A stretch of DNA of 64,000 bases, from contig NC_086097.1 of NCBI RefSeq assembly GCF_963921235.1, positions 105,960,001-106,024,000 on the forward strand, read 5' to 3'. This DNA is from Mobula hypostoma (taxonomy: Eukaryota). Within the stretch, counting starts at the first letter, position 1; every line of letters begins with the position of its first letter. Made by a program: the position numbers and the translations under genes. Below, one piece after another: positions 36,940 through 49,731 of this stretch. The notes under the pieces are model-generated. The model did not search any database and had not been told where the DNA came from. It saw only the letters and a list, made by a program, of their open reading frames with translations.

Positions 36940-39900
36940 CAGGAGGCAAGTTCATTCCACATTTCTTATTTATTTTTTCTTATTTAACTCTTCAGAGAAT
37001 AGGGGGTATGTCTAAGGGTCAGTGTTCTGTTCTGGGTGTCAAATGTGGGATTTCTGGGAGACTACCAGCCTCCCCAACAGCCACATCTGCGTCAGGTGCA
37101 TCGAGATACAGCTTCTTAGAGATTGTGTTAGGGAACTGGAGCTGCAGCTCGATGACCTTTGGCTTGTCAGGGAAAGTGGAGCAGTGATAGACAGGAGCTT
37201 CAGGGAGGTAGTTACCTCAAGGCTACAGGAGACAGATAAATGGGTGACTGTCAGGAGAGGGAATGGGGAATGTCAGATACTGGCCATCTCCCTCAACAAT
37301 AAATACTCCACCTTGAGTACTGTTGGATGTTGGGTGACTTACCTGGGGGAAGCAACAGTGGCCATACCTCTGGCACTGAGTCTGGCCCTGTGGCTCAGGA
37401 GAGTAGGGAACTGACGAGAATGGCAGCAGTAACAGAGGACTCTATAGTTAGGAGGACAGATAGGCGATTCTGTGGATGCAAAAAAGAAACAAGAATGGTA
37501 GTTTGCTTCCCAGGTGCCAGGGTCCGAGATGTTTCTGCACTCATCCACTATACCTTGAAAAGGAAAAGTGAGTAGGCAGAAGTTGTGGTATATATTGGTG
37601 CTAAAGTAGAAAAAGGGAGGAAGTCCTGAAAGCAGAATACAGGGGGTTTGGAAGGAAACTGAGAAGCAGGACCTCAAGGGTAGTAACCTCAGGATTGCTA
37701 ACTGTGCCAAATGACAGTGAGGATAGGAATAGAAGGAGGTGGCAGGTAAACGTGAGGCTAAAGAATTGGAGCTGGGGGAGGGTGCAGGGATTCAGATTTC
37801 TGGATAATTGGGACCTCTTCTGGGGCAGGTGTGACCTGTACCAAAGGTACAGGTTGCACTTGAATCTGAGGGGGACCAATATTCTTGTGGGCAAGCTTAC
37901 TAGAGCTGTGGGAGTCATTTAAACTAATATGGCAGGGGGATGGGAACGAATATGACAGAGCTGAGGATGAGCCAGCAGGTTTAGAAGTAGATGATGGGTG
38001 TAACATGAATGTAAGGAAGGACAAGCCAATGATTGGGTACAAATGAAGACAGAGCAAAGAGTTAAATTGTTCTACAGAGGCAAAATTCAAAAGGGTGAAG
38101 AACGTAGGATTGAAGGTGTTGTATTTAAATGCACATAGCATTCAGTATAAGGTGGATGAACTCATGGCGCAATTAGAGATTGGAGGGTATGGCATTGTGA
38201 GAATCACTGAGTCGTAGCTGAAAGAAGATCACAGTTGGGAGCTTAACATCAAAGGATGTGCTTTGTATCAAAATGACAGGCAGGAAGGCATGGGAGGTGG
38301 TGTGGCTCTATTGGTAAGGGATGGAATTACATGTTTACAAAGAGGTGACATAGGGTCAGAGAATGTCAATCTTTGTGGGTGGAGTTTAGAGACAGCAAGG
38401 GTAACGAAAACACCATTTTGGGGACTATATATAGGCCTTCAAATTGTAGCAAAGATGTGGGGTTGAGATTGCAAAGGGAGCTGGAAAAGACATGTAATAA
38501 GAGTAATGACACAATTGTAATGGGGGACTTCAATATGCAAAGAGTTTGGGAAAATCAGGTTGGTGTTGGATCGCAAAAGAGGGAACTTGTTGAATAACTA
38601 TGAGTTGGCTTTTTAGAGCACTTGTGCTTGTGCCGACTCAAGGAAAGGATATTTTAGATTGGGTGCTGTGTAATAATCCAGATCTTATTAAGGAGCTTAA
38701 TGTAAAGGAGCCCTTAGGAGGTAGTGATCCTAATATGATTGAATTCATACTCCAATTTGAGAGGGAGAAGCATACATCATATGTATCAGTATCGCAATGG
38801 AATTATGGGAATTACCGAGGCATGAGAGAGGGGCTTACCCAGGTGGATCAGAAGAGGATAATAGCAGAGCTGAAGTTCCTGTGAATAGTTCACAAGGCGC
38901 AGGATAGCTATGTCCCATAGAAGAAATAGTTCTCAAATGGCAGGGGTAGGCAATCATGGCTGACAAGGGAAGTTAAGGACTGCATAAAAGCTGAGGAAAA
39001 GGCATATAAGGTATCAAAAGTGAATGAGAAATTGGATTATTGAGAAGCATTTAAAATCCAACAAAAGGCAACTACAAGAAACTATAAGAAGGGAAAAGAT
39101 GAATTATGAGAGCAAACTAGCAAACAATATAAAGCAGGACACTAAAGGTTTTTTTTTATCGGTTATATAAAGAGTAAAAGGGAGGTGAGAGTTGAAAAAT
39201 GATGCTGGTGAGGTAGTCATGGGGAACAAAGAAATGGCAGATAAACTGGGTATTTTGCTTCTGCCTTCACTGTGGAAGACACTAGCAGTGTGCCAGAGGT
39301 CCATAGGTGTCACGGAGCAGGAGTGAGTGTCATTGCTATTACAAATGAAAAAGTGCAAGGCAAACTCAAAGGTCTTAAAGTCGATAAGTCACCTGGACCC
39401 GATGGACTACATCCCAGAGTCCTGAGAGAGATTGCTGAAAAGATAATGGATGTATTAGTCATGATCTTTCAAGAATCACTTGATTCTGGCATGGTCCCGG
39501 AGGGACTGGAAAATTGTAAATGTCACTCCACTTTTCAAGAAGGAAGGAAGACAAAAGAAAGGAAATTATAGTTCAGTTAACCTAACGTCAGTGGTTGATA
39601 AAGTGTTGGAGTCCATTATCAAGAATGAGGTTTCGAGGTATGTGGAGACTAATGATAAATTAGATCAAAGGCAACATGTTTTCTGTTAGTGGAAATCTTG
39701 CCTGAAAGATCTGTTAGAGTTCTTCAAGGAAGTATCAAGCAGGGTGGACAAAGGAGAGGTCGTAGATGTCATTTACTTGGATTTTCAGAAGGCACTTGAT
39801 AAGGTGCTTCACATGAGGCTGCTTAACAAGATAAAATCGTATGGCATTGCAGGAAAGATACTGGCATGGATAGAGGAATGGCTGAAAGGCAAGAGGCAGC

Positions 39901-40928
39901 AAGTGGGAATAATGGGAGCCTTTTCTGGTTGGCTGTCAGTAAATGGTGGTGTTCCTCAGTGGTCAGGATGGCAACTTTTCATAGTTTGTCAATGATTTGG
40001 ATGATGGAATTGATGGCTTTGTGGCAAGGATTGAAGATGATACGAAGATGGGTTAAGGGGCAGGTAGTGCAGAGGAAGCATTACCATTGTAGCAGGACCT
40101 AGACAAATTGGAAGAATGGGTAAAAAAAAAAGTGGCAGATGGAAATACAGTGTTGGGAAGTGTGCAACAATACATTTTGGTAAAAGAAACAATAGTGCAG
40201 ACTATTATCTAAATGGGGAGAAGGTTTGAACATCAGAGGTGCAGAGGCTCCCAGAAGGTTAAGTCTGTGGTAAAGAAGGCAAACACAATGTTGGCATTTA
40301 TTTTAAGGGGAAAGGAATATAAAAGCAAGGAGAAAATGCTGAGCCTTTATAAGACACTAGACAGGCCATACTTGGAGTATTGTCAGCAGTTTTGGGCCTC
40401 ATATCTCAGAAAGGATGCATTGTCATTGGAGAGAGTCCAGAGGAGGTTCACAAGGATGATTCCGTGAATGAAGAGGTCAACATATGAGGAGCATTTGGCA
40501 GCTTGAGGCCAGTACTCACAGGAATTTAGAAGAATGCGGGGGAGTCTCATTGAAACCTACCAAATGTTGAAAGGACTAGATAGGGTGAATGTGGAGGATG
40601 TTTCCTATACTGGGGTTGTCCAAAACTTGAGAGGAAAGCCTCAGATTTGAGGGGTGACTTTTTTCAAACACAGGTAAGGAAGAATTTTTTTTTGCCAGAG
40701 AGTAGTAAATCTGTGGAGTGCTCTACCATGGATTGTGGTGGAGGCCCTGTCTGTACAGATATTTAAGGCTGAAGGTTGATAGTTTCCTGATCAGTCAGGG
40801 CATCATACAATATAGTGAGAAGGAAGGTGCATGGGGTTGAGTGGGATCCGGGATCCGCCATGATGGAATGGCTGAGTTGACTTGATGGGTTGAATGGCAT
40901 AATTCTGCTTCTGTGCCTTATGGTCTTA
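36940..40928 (+). mobile_element. Near-full-length decayed CR1 LINE (ORF1 zinc finger plus esterase; ORF2 EN-RT)
   Basis: FCSGCQMW..HICVRC, DSIVRRTDRRFCG, GDFN, KSPGPDGLHPRVL, YLDFQKA; many stops and frameshifts. Confidence 0.92.
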
Positions 40929-42309
40929 GGACCTTTAGTCACTGAAGTGGCAGAAAAAACATATAAATGTAAGAGAGCAGTTAGGCTTGTTAGAAATGAT
41001 CAAGGAACAAGAATAACAACAGAAAGACCAGAAAGACAGGGCGAACTAGAATCTATCCCTCTGTCTTCGATTTCTGTGACAGACAATTCATTCATCTGAA
41101 ACTCATATTGGTACAATAATTTTTTTTTAGCTCATAAGAATTGTACCTGTGTTTAGGAAATCATTTGTAATTTGGAAATCTTTTATAAGATAGAAAACCG
41201 CTGTGAGGTTTAAATGTGCTTTAAGAATCTGATCTAGTTTTAAATGTATACCACTAAAAATAAGTCAACTGTGTTTAAACTAATTTGTTAGCTGGAAGTA
41301 TCTCCTCCTTGGTAAGGAGGGAGGAACCACCACTCAAATAGTGGGTATGGGCAGCTAAACTCACTATGGAGGATAAACAGGGAAGTGAAGAGTAGGTGGT
41401 TACAGTGTAATTCACTTTAGTGAGGGTGCACATAGCTAACTATATCAGACAGGGCTTAAGACCTTCATAAGAGTTTAGAACTTTGCGGTCAGCAAATCCA
41501 ATATCATCACAGGAGGACAGGTCACCCTTGACAAAGTTCTTCTCTCAATTCTCCTCGAAAATGGTGTGTCATGTAAAGCTCCCATCTTTTGACTCAATGG
41601 TATCTCAAATCAAAGCATTTCAGTGACATTCTTCTGCCTAAGAAGGCCAACTCTTATGCAATCTCCAACTAAATTGTAAATAATTGAACCACCTTTGAAC
41701 AGTAAGGTGCATTCTTCCTGCTGGCTTGACTTTAGTTTCTTGCATAGGTTGTTTTGGTGTCACATCAATGTAACATGATGGTTCATGACATCAACTGCTT
41801 ATTCCTGGCATGGAACTATGCTTTTCAATTAAACATGTAGTTGAGGTGTTGCTGCAGTGTTGCTGTGGTTTACAATCAAAGTTCAGATGCAAATGATACT
41901 TGAAGTTGTTAAAAATGTCTTCACATAATTCAATATTTTTGCTCATTTGTTTCAAACTGTTCTGGCTGGAAAGCTGGGAGCACTTTTAAATTAATCTATC
42001 TGCTGCCAAATTACTTAGATTAAGTGCAGTGTGATCTTTACACTCTGCTTATTTTTACTCTATGAGTAAACAAAAATTCTTCCTGATCTTTGTGGCCTTG
42101 TTTATCACTCTCAAGTTTCTGTCTCCATTGTCATCCTCCCCTTTCCCAACCTGGCCTTGTCTGCTTTCTACCCCCTCCTTGTTTTCCATCTGTTACCTCT
42201 CTACCCCTATTTCTCCCCTACCCGCTACTTCTCATCAGCCCCACCTCTCCTTGATTGTCAACTGCTGGCCTCTATCTCACCCCAACCCTTTTACTTTCCC
42301 TCTCCACTA

Positions 42310-42690
42310 TTTTGGAAATGTATAAAAAATTATGAGGAGTATAGACAGGGTAAGTGCAAGCAACATTTTTCTATTGAGGTTGAGTGGGACTAGAACTACT
42401 GGCCATGGGTTAAGGGTGAAGGTGAGATGTTTAAGATGAACTTCTTCATTCAGAGGGTGGTGAGCTGCCAGCAGAAGTGGTGGTTGCCAGTTCAATTTCA
42501 GTATTTATGATAAATTTGGATAGGTACATAGTGATGGTCCACAGAAGGGTTGATTTCAACATTTAAGAGAAGTTTGGATAAGTACATGGGTGGGATAGGT
42601 GCAGAGGGCTGTGGTCCCAGAGCAGGTCAATAGGACTAGGAAGAATAACAGTTTAGCATGGACTAGATGGGCCAAAGGGCCTGTTCCTAC
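42310..42690 (+). mobile_element. CR1 3' fragment with a local duplication
   Basis: GGCCATGGGTTAAGGGTGAAGGTG; duplicated ATTTCA.CATTTA...TTTGGATA.GTACAT. Confidence 0.75.
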
Positions 42691-42924
42691 ATTAAGTCAA
42701 GAGAAGTGATGAAGATGATACATCTGAACTTGAGCTAGTGATCACACAGGATGCCAGGAAATTTGTTATTAGACTACAACATTACTTTATGCAAGAAGGT
42801 ATTGAAGGCAGTCCATAGGTGCCCCCACTGATTTTGTTCATTTACAGTCAATCAAAAGAACACAACAATGTAAACTGGATGAATTCTTCCATCAAGAACT
42901 ATTATGAACTAATACAGGGTTTTA

Positions 42925-43030
42925 GTACTGTGCCTCTTCCTAGAGATGCTGCCTGGCCTGCTGCGTTCACCAGTAACTTTGATGTGTGTTGCTTGAATTT
43001 CCAGCATCTGCAGAATTCCTGTTGTTTGCA
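42925..43030 (+). mobile_element. Penelope pLTR fragment
   Basis: Closely similar to 57050-57151 (CTCTTCCTAGAGATGCTGCCTG...CCAGCATCTGCAG). Confidence 0.75.
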
Positions 43031-43769
43031 TTTTTAATACTGTAGTAATATTGGTAATGTTCTAATTTGTTGTATTTCATTGAAATACATAATTTGTTAC
43101 TCGGTTTAACAGCAGTTTGTCTTTTTTTATATACTTTTTTACCATTTCCAAAAAACCACTAATTGGGGCAGTTGTTTAATTGGGTCAAAATGTGCTGGTC
43201 CTGATATTGTACCACAGATTGTACAATATTTACAATCCACTGTAAGGATTATAAAGACTGAACTCAAAGTTTCATAGCGTACAAGGCAAGTTCAAAGCTG
43301 AGAATGGGATGATGAGACACTCCTTGCAGACTTAGAAGGTGGAAAGATTCAAAATGAAAACATATTTTGCCAATCTGATGTGTGAGATTTATCTCTATGT
43401 TAATTTCCTTATATTGTTCGAGGAAATTGTTTTGTGTCTTTGGTATAACAACAACTTTCTGTCATGAAATACTTCACTGTCCCTGGTTTTGACTTTATCC
43501 AGATAGATTCTAGGCATTAGCAATCACCCTCTGTATGTACTCTCAAACTACTATTTTCAGATTGAGGTAGATGATAAGAACATTCAGCCCGCCAGGTCTG
43601 CTCTTCATGCAACAAGATCCTGCCTTTATCTTTCACCTCAGCACTATTTTCCTGACCCACACTCAGTGTTTGATTCCCTCGTCTATCGGTCTCTGTTTTG
43701 GATGTTATCAATGGTTTAGCTCCACAGTCTACCATGATGTAGAAAACTGCTAAGGTTCACCACCCTACA

Positions 43770-44472
43770 AGGTCCTAAGCAGTGGTGTGTTCCCGCGTCC
43801 AGAGCTCACTGAGCAGCCTAATGTTTTCAATATCTCCAGAAGTAGCCTGAAAGATGAGCACCTTCAGGAATGCAGCCGCGGTGGCCTCTGTGGACAACTC
43901 AATTCCTTGCCACTTTCGCCACTGGAACATCGGGGAGATCAGTGGATTGGGAGTGGCTGTCAGAGGCCTCTGCAGCCTCTCTCTGGATGGGGGTGGGGGT
44001 GGCAAGTCTGTTGGTTCTCGAGTTGGGTGAGCTTGAATAAATGTCTCTTCAGACTATAGCATAGAAACAGCAATCTGTTGGTCTTCCTGTCACTGTGGAA
44101 AGGGTTGATGCTTCTTTATCCTTTGTTAGTGAGAGAGAGCAAGCGAGCCTGTGGCATGTCAAAGTGCTGGGTGATGGACTGTAGTTTTTTGGACTGCAGA
44201 TCATGGGCTCTCTGGGGTCTTTATTATTACTTCCTTAGTGGGTGTTGGGTGCTGATACTTCCTGCTGGAATAAGTTGGGGGTGGAGAAAGGGGCAGGGGT
44301 GGGTTGATGACTTGCTGCTGTTTGTGCATGAGAGGGGCTGGGGGCAGGCTTTGGAGTTCCAATGTTTTCCTGTTATTCATTCTTTAGGGTTTTCTTCAGT
44401 TTCATAGATGGATGTGAAGAGTAAGAATTTCAGGTTGTATACATTCTCTGATATTAAATAAAACGATTGAAC
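43770..44472 (+). mobile_element. Non-coding, probably Rex1-mobilised non-autonomous retroposon
   Basis: Interrupts a colinear CR1; GC-rich head, no ORF, 3' end GAATTTCAGGTTGTATACATTCTCTGATATTAAAT..ATTGAA. Confidence 0.5.
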
Positions 44473-44671
44473 TCCTGGGTGATCATTTCTTCACATTCAG
44501 TCCTAAGTGGTCTACCCAGCATTTAGAGACTGATTTCAAGTTATATGCTCGGTCAGGTGAAACGTATTCCCCATATTTACCTTTTCAAATCTATCAATAA
44601 TTTTCTATCAATAATTTCAATGAGGCCACTTCTCAGTCTTCCAAACTCCAGAGAATAAACATAACCTAGCC

Positions 44672-45705
44672 ACACATGAGGCTACTTAACAAGATAAGAG
44701 CCCATGGAATTACAGGAAAGTTACATACGTGGATAGAGCGTTGGCTGATTGGCAGGAAACAGAGAGTGGGAATAAAGGGATCCTATTCTGGTTGGCTGCC
44801 AGTTACCAGTGGTGTTCCACAGGGGTCAGTGTTGGGGCCTCTTCTTTTTCCATTGTACATCAACGATTTGGATTATGGAATAGATGGCTTTGTGGCTAAG
44901 TTTGCTGACAGTACGAAGATAGTTGGAGGGGCCGGTAGTGCTGAGGAAACGGAGAGTCTGCAGAGAGACTTGGATAGATTGGAAGAATGAGCAGAGAAGT
45001 GGCAAATGAAGTACAATGTTGGAAAGTGTATGGTTATGCACTTGGACAGAAGAAATAAACGGGCAGACTATTATTTAAATGGGGAAAGAATTCAAAGTTC
45101 TGAGATGCAACGGGACTTGGGAGTCCTCATACAGGGTACCCTTAAAGTTAACCTCCAGGTTTGGTCAGTAGTGAAGAAGGCAAATGCAATGTTGGCATTC
45201 ATTTCTAGAGGAATAGAGTATAGGAGCAGGGATGTGATGTTGAGGCTCTATAAGGCACTGATGAGACCTCACTTGGAGTACTGTGGGCAGTTTTGGTCTC
45301 GTTATTTAAGAAAGGATGTGCTGACATTGGAGAGGGTACAGAGAAGATTCACTAGAATGATTCCGGGAATGAGAGGGTTATGAGGAACGTTTGTCCACTG
45401 TATTCCTTGGAGTTTAGAAGAATGAGGGGAGACCTCGCAGAAACATTTCGAATGTTAAAAGGCATGGACAGAGTGGATGTGGCAAAGTTGTTTCCCATGA
45501 TGGGGGAGTCTAGTACGAGAGGGCATGACTTAAGGATTGAAGGGCGCCCATTCAGAACAGAAATGCGAAGAAATTATTTTAGTCAGAGGGTGGTGAATCT
45601 ATGGAATTTGTTGCCACGGGGATCAGCTCATGATAAAATGGTGGAGCAGACTCAATGGGCCGAATGGCCTACTTCTGCTCCTTTGTCTTATGGTCTTATG
45701 GTCTT
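44672..45705 (+). mobile_element. CR1 RT-3' fragment
   Basis: [23 protein letters not shown]; deletion near 45619; TATGGTCT tail. Confidence 0.9.
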
Positions 45706-46082
45706 ACCCACTCCCCTCATAACAAACCCATTAATCTGACAAATCTCCCTGCACTCCCTCTAATAGGGGATTAATATTACAGTATGCACAATACCACTTA
45801 CGTAGTTTTGCTAAGGTACTTCTACAATTATAGCAAGACTATCTTACTCTAACATCATATCTACATGTAATTAAAGCCAAATTCCCATTTGCCCAAACTA
45901 TCCACTGCACCTGCACATTAACTTTCAGCAACAATTATACAAGCACTGTCAGCTCACATTGATGGCCAACACTTCTCAATCTCTCATTTTTCTAAATATT
46001 TAAAATTTGTTGTTTTCTACCTTAGAGGTACTTTCACATTTTCTCCCACATTGTACTCATCTTCAAATATCCTTGAAGATAA

Positions 46083-46450
46083 CACTGGACAACAAACTTT
46101 TTTCAAAGGTGTTGCTTCCTCAGAATTTTTTTTGTTTATGATAGACCGTTTGAAGCAGAAAACTTAATAATTTCAGATTAGTTGTTTAATATAGGAATTT
46201 GGAAAAACAAAAATTAACTTTTATTGAATATAATACATTTAGCTGATGCTTTGCAATAGTTCAACTAAGCTAAAAATGTTTTGTTGATGATTTCCATTTG
46301 TACTCAGTGTCTGAGGCTTCTCACAATGAACAGTCAGCATTGATGGATTCCAGTTGCCCCGATACCATTTCTCCATGATGACAATGTCCTGGTGAAATCT
46401 TTCATCATGCTCATTACTGACAGTGCCAGGATTTGCAGGGAAAAACTCGA
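46083..46450 (-). mobile_element. Chapaev3-like (CMC) DNA transposon, right end and transposase C-terminus
   Basis: FFPANPGTVSNEHDERFHQDIVIMEKWYRGNWNPSML motif; CAC-starting terminus CACTGGACAAC at 46083. Confidence 0.65.
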
Positions 46451-47230
46451 AACAGCAAATCAAAGGTTTTGAAAATAATTCTAAAAAGGTCCCCACAATG
46501 TTTAAAAGTCTTGGCTAGATTCAGAGATTGAACATCGAATCTTCTCTAAATTGAAACATGACATCACATCACATAACTATTGAGTGTGAATAGAAGGGGC
46601 TGCCTCTTTCCATTTAAGCAGGAGCACCCTTCTGGCCATAAGAGAAATAAAAGCCAAAATGTACAAGTCAGATGACTCCAAAATAATATACTTTCCTCGA
46701 ACAATACAATAAAGTGGTCAAAGGATTAGGCTTAAAGTTTACTTTGAAAAGTATCGAGAAAGATTGAAATACTTCTTTCCAATATTTTCCAAGACTCGGA
46801 CATGTCCAAAACATATGAATGAGTGAAGCTTCTCCATTATTACATTTATCACAATATGGAGATCTATCTAAATAAAAATGAGATAACTTATCCTTGGTCA
46901 TATGGGCCCTATGGACCACTTTAAATTGTAGGAGAGAGTGACGGGCACATTACGATGAAGTGTTAACCAATTTAAAAATTTGATTCCAAGTTTCCTCAGA
47001 AACTGAAGTCTGTAAATCTTGATCCCAAAGATTTTTAATTTTATCTAAAGGAAGACTTCTCATTCCCAACAGCATATTATAAATATTAGATATAGATCCA
47101 TTATAAAAAGGTTTCAAATTAAAAATTACATCTAATAGATTCTTATCAGTACTTTTAGGAAATGTACTTATTTGAGACCGTTAAAAATCTCTTACTTGTA
47201 GGTATTGAAAAAAATGAGTTTTGGTAAACT

Positions 47231-47916
47231 TTAGGAGGAGGAGAAGATGGCGGCGCAACGCAGCGTGCCGCGGCCACTCCAGTGATGAATATCTATTATC
47301 TGTCAAGTAGGGTGCCATGTACAATCCTGATTTGATGGAGCCAGATGTGAGAGCGTGGAGGAAAATCTGGTGAAACTTTTGAAATGTCTGTTTCGCTGCC
47401 ACTGCTACTGTGTGATCCTGAATCTCGGGAGGGGAAGGCCCCGAGTCCTAGGCTTTGCTTGTTGCTTGGCGGCCGGGGCGGCGTCAAAGCGCTTGGTGCT
47501 CGGTGTCGTAGGGCTGGTCGGAGGCCTGAAGTTTTCGGATGGACTCAGAGTCATCTGTGGTCAGGTGTTTCCAGGGAGCTGCATCGGCAAGTTTGCGGTG
47601 CTGGAGGTTCATGGCAGGGAGAGTTTCTCCCTTCAACCGTCTGCGTGAGATGATGGGCTATTGGGACTTTGAGACCTTTTTTTTACAGTGCCCATGGTCT
47701 GCTCTTTATCAAATTATGGTATTGCTTTGCACTGTTGTAACTATATGTTATAATTATGTGGTTTTTGTCAGTTTTAGTCTTGGCCTGTCTTGTGTTTCTG
47801 TAATACCATACTGGAGGAACATTGTATCATTTCTTAATGCATGCATTTCTAAATGACAATAAACGAGGACTGAGTGTCCTCATAATCTAAATAATCTAAG
47901 TAATTTAAATCTAAAT
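47231..47916 (+). mobile_element. Non-autonomous retroposon (GC-rich LINE-like 5' head plus Rex1-like 3' tail)
   Basis: Starts GGAGAAGATGGCGGCG, ends CAATAAA...(TAATCTAA)-like tail; L1 frame SFEQLSTRY|SLPKTHFF rejoins across it. Confidence 0.7.
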
Positions 47917-49115
47917 ATATCTAGTTGACAGTTGTTCAAATGAAAAGAAGCTTCCCTCCACAAACAAGTGCTGAAAGCATTTAATACCTAAACTATCCCA
48001 TTCTTTAAAAGCCACATCAATCATAGAGGGTTTAAAAAATAATTAGAAAAAATGGGACTCAAAAGAGAAAATCTCAATAAGCCGAAGTATTTTCGGAATT
48101 GTATCCAAATTCTCATAGTGTGTTTAACTACCAGATTATCAGTTAACTTACTCAGAGACAAAGGAAGTGAGGATCCAAGAAGAGAAATAATAGAAAATTT
48201 ATTGACAGAGTTTGCCTCTAAAAAAAACCCATATCGGGCAACCCTCACGATTAATGTAATATAACCAAACTGTAAGATTTCTTATATTAATTGCCCAATA
48301 ATAAAACCTAAAGTTTGGTAAGGCTAATCCTCCATTCTTTTTATGTTTCTGAAGATGAATTTTATTTAATCTAGAATGCTAATTAAGAAGAAGATATAAT
48401 AGAGTCAAGAGAATCAAAAAAAAGATTTAGGAATAAAAACTGACAATGCCTGAAAAAGATACATAAATTTAGGTAATATATTCATTTTAATAAAGTTAAT
48501 TTGGCCAATCAGTGATAAAGAAAGAGGCGACTAATTTGATAGTATCCTTTTTACGTGATTCAATAGGGTAGGAAAATTTTCTTTAAATAGATGCTTATAG
48601 TTTTTAGTCATTGTTACACCTAAGTAGGTAAATCGGTTTCTTACAATTTTAAAAGGAGGGTTAGAATTTGTTGGTGTCAAATAATTCAAAGGGAAAAGTT
48701 AACTTTTATGCTGGTTTAATTTATAACCTGAGAACTGGCTAAAACAGGTTTTCTTTAGAAAGCGCATGGGGTAACGAAGTCTCAACATTAGAAATAAATA
48801 GCAGCAGATCATCAGCATACAGCGAGACTCTGTGAATGACATCTCTCCTTAAAATACCAGTGATATCATTAGATTCTTGAATGGCAATAGCTAAAGGCTC
48901 TTAGGCCAGATCAAAAAGCAAAGGGCTCAACGGACAGCCTTGTCTAGTGCCACGTTGAAGCTTAAATGGTTTGGAATTATGAGAATTAGTGATAACCTTA
49001 GCGGAAGGAGCTAAATAAGGTAATTTAATCCATTGAATGAAAATGGGTCCAAAATTGAATTTTTCTCAAGTTTTAAATAATTAATTCCATTCAACTCTGT
49101 TGAAAGCTTCCTCAG

Positions 49116-49157
49116 TGTGACAGAGTCCTGAATTACCCCTATGAACTGTGCTTTTGG

Positions 49158-49196
<39 letters not shown>

Positions 49197-49670
49197 GTGC
49201 CCAACACAGACACCTGGTTAAAAAGAGAAAGAAAGAAAGAGAGAGAGAGAGGCAAAGACTGCTCACAGCACGTTTACACTTTCTACAAGGACACTAGCCA
49301 TTTCCAAGTTCTTACAGAGAGAGAAGGGAGGAGCTGTTTGATGGACTGCTAGTATTCAGAATGGTGAGATAAATAGAAGGTCAGATGATAGATCTGGATA
49401 CACTTGGTTTTGGACACTGAATGACCTTTGTTGTGCCCACAGAAAAGGTGGGTTTTGGAGGATCGATCAGGTGGATTGATCAGTGGTTCTCACAGTGTGA
49501 AAAGGGAGTGAACGGTGGGGAGTTATTCGTGTGTCCAATCCTCACCTGGGTTGAAAATTCCACCACAGAAGAACAGTCACCTTTGTTGTGGTCACAGTCT
49601 GTGACTTCCAGAGGATTTCAGCAGACAACGGGAAGATTGCTGGCGTCAGCTCACCTAAAGACTCAAATCT

Positions 49671-49731
<61 letters not shown>

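Larger units (their letters stand above)
43570..46060 (-). mobile_element. Old decayed CR1 split by two insertions
   Basis: CR1 3' reverse-complement motifs at 43570-43768, 44473-44670 and 45705-46060. Confidence 0.5.
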
